NCBI GenBank assembly: GCA_044449465.1
Contig: JBIOHX010000001.1
Location: 1-42,130, forward strand
Direction: 5' to 3'
Length of the DNA stretch: 42,130 bases
Source: Gemmatimonadales bacterium
Lineage (GTDB): Bacteria > Gemmatimonadota > Gemmatimonadetes > Gemmatimonadales > Gemmatimonadaceae
The position numbers and the translations under genes are program-made. The notes beneath the pieces are model-generated. The model saw nothing but the letters and a program-made list of their open reading frames with translations, had not been told where the DNA came from and searched no databases. This document shows, piece after piece, positions 36,721-42,130 of this stretch. Each line of letters starts with the position of its first letter. The first letter of the stretch is position 1.

Positions 36721-37033
36721 GGTCAGATTTGAGGCGTCAGGCTCGAGATGTCAGGGTGACGCCTCGAGGGCGGCGTGCGGGGGTTTGGATCGCGACGTTT
36801 CTGAACGAGACCAAGCGTCGGGATTTCAGGGTAGAGGTACGAGGATGGAGATAGGGGCGAACTCAGACGTCGACGGTCTAGGCCGGCGCGTCTCGTTTCG
36901 CCCTTAGCTCGCTTCTGCCGTCTGGACGCCGAGTTCTCGACGCTTGGGCTCGCTCTGCGACGTCGCGATCTCGATCAGCCCCCGCGATCCCGAATCTCGA
37001 CTGACATCTCGAGTCTGAGGCCTCAGATCTGAG
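36721..37033. repeat. Long imperfect palindromic intergenic element (MITE/REP-like), copy E1
   Basis: The terminal inverted repeats TCAGATTTGAGGCGTCAGGCTCGAGATGTCAG (36722-36753) and the reverse complement of 37000-37031 match at 29 of 32 positions. Internal arm segments also pair: 36776-36797 with 36959-36984, and 36806-36826 with 36929-36950. The perfect palindrome CCTCAGATCTGAGG lies at 37020-37033. The element starts 3 nt after the stop codon at 36716-36718. Confidence 0.85.
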
Positions 37034-37094
37034 GGGCGCGGTAAGTCAACGGAGTGGCGCCACTTCCGGCCCCGGCGTGTCGTGTGATGTTTAG

Positions 37095-38699
37095 TTGCCA
37101 CGCGGCACCACCTGCGATTGGGAGCGCGAAGTGGGGAGACTACCGCCCGGGGATACCCCGGTTTTCATCGTCGGCGCCGGGCCGACCGGACTGGTGCTCG
37201 CGCTGGTGCTGACCAAGCTCGGCGTTCGGGTGCGGCTGATCGACCAAACGCCCGGGCCGGCCCGTTACTCGCGCGCGCTCGGCGTCCACGCGCGCACGCT
37301 CGAGTTCTACCGGCAGCTGGGTTTCGCGGACGCCGTCATGGAGGGCGGCGTGGTGGCCAAGGGGGTGAGCCTGTGGGTCAAACGCGCGCGCGTGGCTCGC
37401 CTGCCGCTGGCAAATGCCGGCGATGGGCTGACGCCGTTCCCGTTCGTGCTCAGCTTCGCGCAGAATGACCATGAGCGTCTCCTGATCGAGCAACTTGAGC
37501 GCTTGGGTGTGACGGTGCAGCGCGAGACGCGGCTGGCCCACTTCGAGATGACTGACGGAGGCGTACGTGCGACGCTCGCACGGGCGGACGGCGCGGAGGA
37601 GGTGTGCGACGCGCTGTACATCGCCGGCTGCGACGGCGCGCACTCGGTTGTGCGCGAAGGGCTGCGCCTCGGTTTTCCCGGCGGCACTTACACGAAGCTG
37701 TTTTATGTCGCCGATGTCACCGCCACGGGACCGGTGACGGACGGCGACTTCCACGTCGATCTGGACACGAACGATCTGCTCGCCGTGTTCGCGATGAAGG
37801 GTAAGGGCCACGTCCGTCTCGTCGGTACGATCCGCGACGACGCGGCGCCGGCCGAGCAGGAGTTGACGTTCGACGACGTCAGTCACCATCTGATGACCCA
37901 GCTCGGGATCACGATCGAGAGCGTCCACTGGTTCTCGACCTACCGCGTCCACCACCGGGTGGCGAGCCGGTTTCAATCGGGCCGAGCATTTCTCCTGGGC
38001 GATTCAGCGCACATTCACAGCCCGGTCGGCGCCCAAGGAATGAACACCGGCATAGGCGACGCGATGAATCTCGGGTGGAAGCTGGCGTCCGTCCTTCAGG
38101 GAACGGCGGCTCCCGCGCTTCTCGATACGTACGAGCCCGAACGAATCCGGTTCGCACGGCGGCTCGTCGCGACGACGGATCGCGCGTTCGTGCTTGTGTC
38201 GACGCCGAGTCGACTGGCAGCGTTCGCGCGGACGCGGATCGTGCCCATTGTATTTCCGTTCGTGTTGAGCATACCACCGGCGCGGCGTTGGCTCTTTCGA
38301 ACGATCTCGCAGATCGCGATCAACTATCGGCACAGCCGGCTGAGTCACGGGACGGCGGGCGATGTTCACGGCGGGGATCGATTGCCATGGGTCGCGCCCG
38401 AACCGGGGAGTGACGGCAAGACGGACAATTTCACGCCGCTCGAGACCATGGCTTGGCAGGTCCACGTGTACGGCGAGGCTCGCGCGGACTTTGCGGCTGC
38501 CTGCGCGGAGCTCGGACTCGAGGTTGTGGAGATCGCGTGGCGTCCGGCGATGCGAGCGGCGGGTTTGGCGCGCGATGCCGCGTACCTCGTGCGGCCCGAT
38601 GGCTACGTCGCCCTCGCGGATGCGGCGGCTGACGCGGGGACGCTCAGCGCATTCATCGCGAGGGCCGGGATCGAGCAGACGAGAGCGATTGCGCCTTAG
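37095..38699 (+). CDS. FAD-dependent aromatic-ring monooxygenase (PheA/TfdB-type)
   Basis: The dinucleotide-binding motif is VFIVGAGPTGLVLALVL, and CDGAHS and GDSAHIHSPVGAQGMNTGIGDAMNLGWKLA are also present. The start is uncertain: TTG at 37095 per the track, with an in-frame GTG at 37131 also possible. Confidence 0.85.
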   Translation: MPRGTTCDWEREVGRLPPGDTPVFIVGAGPTGLVLALVLTKLGVRVRLIDQTPGPARYSRALGVHARTLEFYRQLGFADAVMEGGVVAKGVSLWVKRARVARLPLANAGDGLTPFPFVLSFAQNDHERLLIEQLERLGVTVQRETRLAHFEMTDGGVRATLARADGAEEVCDALYIAGCDGAHSVVREGLRLGFPGGTYTKLFYVADVTATGPVTDGDFHVDLDTNDLLAVFAMKGKGHVRLVGTIRDDAAPAEQELTFDDVSHHLMTQLGITIESVHWFSTYRVHHRVASRFQSGRAFLLGDSAHIHSPVGAQGMNTGIGDAMNLGWKLASVLQGTAAPALLDTYEPERIRFARRLVATTDRAFVLVSTPSRLAAFARTRIVPIVFPFVLSIPPARRWLFRTISQIAINYRHSRLSHGTAGDVHGGDRLPWVAPEPGSDGKTDNFTPLETMAWQVHVYGEARADFAAACAELGLEVVEIAWRPAMRAAGLARDAAYLVRPDGYVALADAAADAGTLSAFIARAGIEQTRAIAP

Positions 38700-38844
38700 C
38701 GAAGGTGTCCGTTTTCGGACGATGCGTCCCACTGATGGACAAGCGTCGTCATCGCCGGGGCCGCGGATCTGCGTCTAAGTGCTTGGGGGGCATGGCGATC
38801 GCGACGTACGAACGGGGCACACCGGATGCACCTACCCCGGCGCC

Positions 38845-41292
38845 ATGACGACCTTCCTTCGCGACGTTCGCTACGCAGTTCGCAAGCTGCTGTCGACGCC
38901 CGGCTTCACCGTTGTCACGCTGATCACGTTGAGCGTCGCGATCGGCGCGACGACGTCGATGTTCAGCGTCGTGAATAGCATTCTGCTCAAGCCGCTGCCA
39001 TTTGCGGATCCGGCCGGGCTCGCGTTCATCGAGTCGACCGATCCCAGTGGCCAGCCAATGCCGCTGTCGCCGCAGGACCTCGCCGACTATGGGAAGGGAA
39101 GCACGGCCTTCACGGCGATTGCCGCAGTCGACGGCGGCAAGAGCGCGAACCTCGATCGCACGAACGCGGCCGCGGCACGCCTGAACGAGGCGCGCGTTGG
39201 CGCGGACTTCTTTTCCATCCTCGGGGTCCGGCCCGCGCTGGGCCGTTTCTTCGCGCCGGGCGAGGACTCGTTGTCGTCACCCAAAGTGGCGGTGCTCTCG
39301 CAGATGGCCTGGGCGAAGTACTTCGGCGGTGATACGCGGGTCATCGGCCAGTCGATCGTACTGGACGGCAAGGCGTTTCGAGTGGTTGGGATCGCGCCGC
39401 CGACGCTCACCTATCCCGGCAACCCAGAGATCTGGATTCCGGCGGCCTGGCAGTCGTACGAGATCGGCGAACGGGCGCGCGGGTACCACTCGGTCACCGC
39501 GATCGGCCGCCTTGCGCCTGGAGCGACGACGGAAAGTGCAGCGCGCCAGCTCCAGACGATCGCAGCGCGTCTCGCGCGGGAGCATCCGGAATACAACGCG
39601 AAGGTCGGTGCGTTCGTGAATTCGCTCCAGGAGCAGATCGTCGGCGACGTGGGTCAGGCGCTGTGGCCGATGCTCGGAGCTGTGGCGTTCGTGCTGCTGA
39701 TCGCGTGCACGAACGTGGCCAATCTGCTGCTCGTTCGCGCGGCCGGCCGAGCGCCGGAAATAGCGGTGCGCTCGGCGCTTGGCGCGGATCGCGCGGGCAT
39801 CGTTCGGCAGCTCGTGGTCGAGAGTCTGGTGCTCGCGGCCGGGGGTGCAGTGCTCGGGACGCTGGTTGCGCTCTGGATACTGAGCGCGCTGGCGACGCTT
39901 GGGCCGCGCTCAGTGCCGCGCATCGGCGAGATTGCCGTCGACGGCCGCGTCCTCGCCTTCACCGTGTGCGTCGCAATCGTGACTGGGTTGCTGTTTGGAT
40001 TGGCGCCGGCAATTCACGCGGCGCGCTCGGACACCTCCGCGCTGCTGCGCGGCGGACGCGGCTCGAGCGGCGGCACGAGGCGCGTCCGCTCGACGCTCGT
40101 CGTCGCGGAGACCGCGCTGTCGATGGTGCTGCTAGTAGGCGCAGGGCTGCTCATGCGCAGCTTCGATCGGCTCACGCGCGTCGATCCTGGGTTTCGCGCG
40201 AACCATCTCGTGGTGTTCAATACCGCGCTCTCGAACCATAAGTATGACTACGAGAACGCGGTGATCCAGTTCGCGAGCGATGTGCGCTCTCGCCTCTCTG
40301 CGCTTCCCGGAGTACAAGCCGTCGCCGTGGCAGCTGACCGGCCGTTCGACCCAGAGCCCCAGTTCGGCGCCTCCACCTCGTTCACGATCGAGGGGGACCC
40401 GAAGCCGCAACAGGGCACAGAGCCCGAGTCGCGCATCCTGCCGGTGACGCCGAGCTTCTTCACGACGTTGGGAGTGACGCTCAAGCGGGGGCGGGCATTC
40501 GATGAGACGGAGAACCGACTAGCCGCGCTGCCCGTCGTGGTCGTCAATGAAGCGCTGGCGAAGCGGTACTTCCCGGGGCGCGATCCGATTGGCAAGCACC
40601 TCACCTTTGGCCTTTCACACAACACGACGCCGGACCCCGCTGACACGGTGCGACTGCGCGGCGAGGTGATCGGAGTCGTGAAGGACGTGACGAACTCCGC
40701 ACTCGGCGCAGTGCCCGGGCCGGCCGCGTACTTCCCGTACAACGCGGCGCCGTTCGCGGCGACATTCGTGGCACGGGTCACCGGCGATCCGTCGCTGGTG
40801 GAAGGGGCCGCGTATCGCATCGTGCACGACGTCGACGCGAGTGCCGCTGTGTACGAAGTCGGCACGATGGACGACGCGATGTCTGCGACGGTGGCGCAAC
40901 CGCGCTTCTATACAATACTGCTCGGAGCATTCGCGGGGGTCGCGCTGCTGTTGGCGACGCTCGGGATCTTCGGGGTCGTGTCGTACTCAGTGCGCCAGCG
41001 CACGCGCGAGTTCGGCATTCGGATCGCGCTCGGCGCGCAGGCGGAACGCGTCGCCGGCGGCGTGGTCCGCGGCGGCCTCCAGCTGGCGTTCGTGGGGATC
41101 GTCGCGGGAGCCATAGGAGCGGGGGTGATGACGCGTGCGATCCGCGGGATGCTGTTCGGAACGGATCCGCTGGATGTGGCGACGTACGTTGGGGTGGGGG
41201 CGCTGCTGGTGGGCGTGGCGGCGGTAGCGGCGTGGCTGCCGGCGCGGCAGGCGGCACGAGTGGATCCGGTGATCGCGATGAAGGCGGAATGA
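38845..41292 (+). CDS. ADOP-type (MacB/FtsX-like) duplicated orphan permease
   Basis: The sequence from the ATG at 38845 is MTTFLRDVRYAVRKLLSTPGFTVVTLITLSVAIGATT.... The C-terminus is FGVVSYSVRQRTREFGIRIALGA...LPARQAARVDPVIAMKAE. The track start at 38779 is an upstream extension. Confidence 0.9.
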   Translation: MTTFLRDVRYAVRKLLSTPGFTVVTLITLSVAIGATTSMFSVVNSILLKPLPFADPAGLAFIESTDPSGQPMPLSPQDLADYGKGSTAFTAIAAVDGGKSANLDRTNAAAARLNEARVGADFFSILGVRPALGRFFAPGEDSLSSPKVAVLSQMAWAKYFGGDTRVIGQSIVLDGKAFRVVGIAPPTLTYPGNPEIWIPAAWQSYEIGERARGYHSVTAIGRLAPGATTESAARQLQTIAARLAREHPEYNAKVGAFVNSLQEQIVGDVGQALWPMLGAVAFVLLIACTNVANLLLVRAAGRAPEIAVRSALGADRAGIVRQLVVESLVLAAGGAVLGTLVALWILSALATLGPRSVPRIGEIAVDGRVLAFTVCVAIVTGLLFGLAPAIHAARSDTSALLRGGRGSSGGTRRVRSTLVVAETALSMVLLVGAGLLMRSFDRLTRVDPGFRANHLVVFNTALSNHKYDYENAVIQFASDVRSRLSALPGVQAVAVAADRPFDPEPQFGASTSFTIEGDPKPQQGTEPESRILPVTPSFFTTLGVTLKRGRAFDETENRLAALPVVVVNEALAKRYFPGRDPIGKHLTFGLSHNTTPDPADTVRLRGEVIGVVKDVTNSALGAVPGPAAYFPYNAAPFAATFVARVTGDPSLVEGAAYRIVHDVDASAAVYEVGTMDDAMSATVAQPRFYTILLGAFAGVALLLATLGIFGVVSYSVRQRTREFGIRIALGAQAERVAGGVVRGGLQLAFVGIVAGAIGAGVMTRAIRGMLFGTDPLDVATYVGVGALLVGVAAVAAWLPARQAARVDPVIAMKAE

Positions 41293-41666
41293 CTCAGATC
41301 TGAGGGTCTGAGAGATATGAGATATGAGATGTGAGGGTTCAGGGCGGCGCCTGGGGCGGTGCGCTGGGCGGATATCGCGACGTCGTTGAGCGAGATCAAG
41401 CGTCGAGATGTCAGCGTCGAGATGGCAGAACGGAGATAGGGGCGATGCGAGATGGCAGAACGGAGATAGGGGCGATGCGAGATGGCAGAAGGGGAGATAG
41501 GGGCGATGTGAGATGGGCCGGGGCATACCGCCGACGTCTGACATCGCTGTCATCTCCGGACTTGGATCTCGCAGCTGATTTCTCGAAGCTTGGTCTCGTT
41601 TAGAGACGTCGGGGTCTCGAACGACAAGCGCGCTCTCCAACGTCGACTGAGAACTCCAATCTCAAC
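41293..41666. repeat. Long imperfect palindromic intergenic element (MITE/REP-like), copy E2
   Basis: It fills the whole gap between two convergent ADOP genes. It begins with the palindrome CTCAGATCTGAG (41293-41304) directly after the TGA at 41290-41292. The left-arm core 41376-41414 and the reverse complement of the right-arm core 41575-41613 each match E1 36790-36828 at 32 of 39 positions. Confidence 0.85.
41421..41511. repeat. Three tandem copies of a 30-bp unit inside E2
   Basis: GATGGCAGAACGGAGATAGGGGCGATGCGA occurs at 41421-41450 and identically at 41451-41480. A 31-bp variant lies at 41481-41511. Each copy contains the 14-mer GGAGATAGGGGCGA, which is also present in E1 at 36846-36859. 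Confidence 0.95.
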
Positions 41667-42130
41667 TCATCCGGATCGGAGGGCCTCGGATGGATCGACT
41701 GCGGCTGCGCGCCGTGCTGGGATCCAGCTGGCGGCGAGGGCAACGAGGAGTAGGGTGACGCACGTTCCGACGAGAATCGTGGGGTCGGTGGGGCTCACGT
41801 CGTAGAGCAACGAGCGCAGGAACCTCGTCACGCCGATGGCCGTGGCGACGCCGATGGCGACGCCGATGGCGGCGAGGCCGACGCCGTCGCGCGAGATCAT
41901 TCGCCGGACCTGCGACGGTTGCGCGCCGAGGGCGATGCGCACGCCAATCTCGCGCCGCCTCAGGCTCACGCCGTAGGCCATGACCGCGTAGAGGCCGACT
42001 GCGCCGAGGACGAGTGCGAGAAGGCTGGCGACGGCGACGAGGAGCAGCATTTCGCGGGCGCGTGCCGACGCGGCGCTGACGAGGTCGCCGAGGGGCTTCT
42101 CACCGTACGTCGGCAGCGACGGGTCGAGCG
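41667..42130 (-). CDS. ADOP-type permease, C-terminal part only (N-terminus beyond the window end)
   Basis: The frame is open to base 42130 (...LDPSLPTYGEKPLGDLVSAASARAREMLLLVAVASLLALVLGAVGLYAVMAYGVSLRRREIGVRIALGA...IPARRAAAVDPSEALRSG). The track lists only the part from an internal Met. Confidence 0.85.
   Translation of the reverse strand, partial: LDPSLPTYGEKPLGDLVSAASARAREMLLLVAVASLLALVLGAVGLYAVMAYGVSLRRREIGVRIALGAQPSQVRRMISRDGVGLAAIGVAIGVATAIGVTRFLRSLLYDVSPTDPTILVGTCVTLLLVALAASWIPARRAAAVDPSEALRSG

Noticed and set aside
38707-38720. The hairpin GTCCG-TTTT-CGGAC, 8 nt after the monooxygenase stop, as a terminator
   Set aside because: The stem is only 5 bp and no downstream U-tract follows, so it is too weak to call.
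1-42130. A genomic island, prophage or defence island
   Set aside because: There are no integrase, transposase, phage, toxin-antitoxin, restriction-modification or known defence genes, and no flanking tRNA. Composition looks uniform apart from the repeat loci. The MoxR-VWA pair sits in a classical cox context, not in a conflict-system context.

Overview
This is a high-GC bacterial chromosomal window, roughly 68-70% GC by eye. Third-position GC is about 86% in the genes I checked by hand. Four ADOP-type orphan FtsX/MacB permeases, one with an adjacent PadR regulator, point to an Acidobacteriota- or Gemmatimonadota-like soil organism; that assignment is inference only. I can support about 40 CDSs. 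They include a form II coxS-L-M plus coxD-E-G cluster, an IorAB-like molybdo-oxidoreductase pair behind a NarL-type two-component system with two PAP2 phosphatases downstream, and a DUF899-DUF2182-methyltransferase operon beside a divergent HTH regulator. There is also an ArsR-SRPBCC-VOC-DUF1801 operon, an S9 peptidase, a PAS histidine kinase coupled to a DUF2911 protein, and an FAD monooxygenase. I saw no rRNA, tRNA, CRISPR, cas, integrase or transposase genes. The most unusual content is non-genic. A 1.3-kb gap between convergent genes (20483-21803) consists almost entirely of phased short-period repeats: 17 tandem 7-mers, an inverted 10-mer iteron pair, and about 36-38 units in an exact 21-bp register. 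It is unresolved whether the 21-bp array is DNA-level or encodes a heptad-repeat protein. Two long imperfect palindromic elements of about 310-370 bp (36721-37033 and 41293-41666) share 14-39 nt motifs and start within 0-3 nt of a stop codon, so they look like a dispersed MITE/REP-like family. Smaller points are a CTAG-rich 34-bp palindrome over the padR start, a cupin gene with an apparent internal deletion, and an unusually compact histidine kinase. Many long ORFs in the supplied track are antisense or alternate-frame shadows typical of high-GC DNA, and I rejected them.
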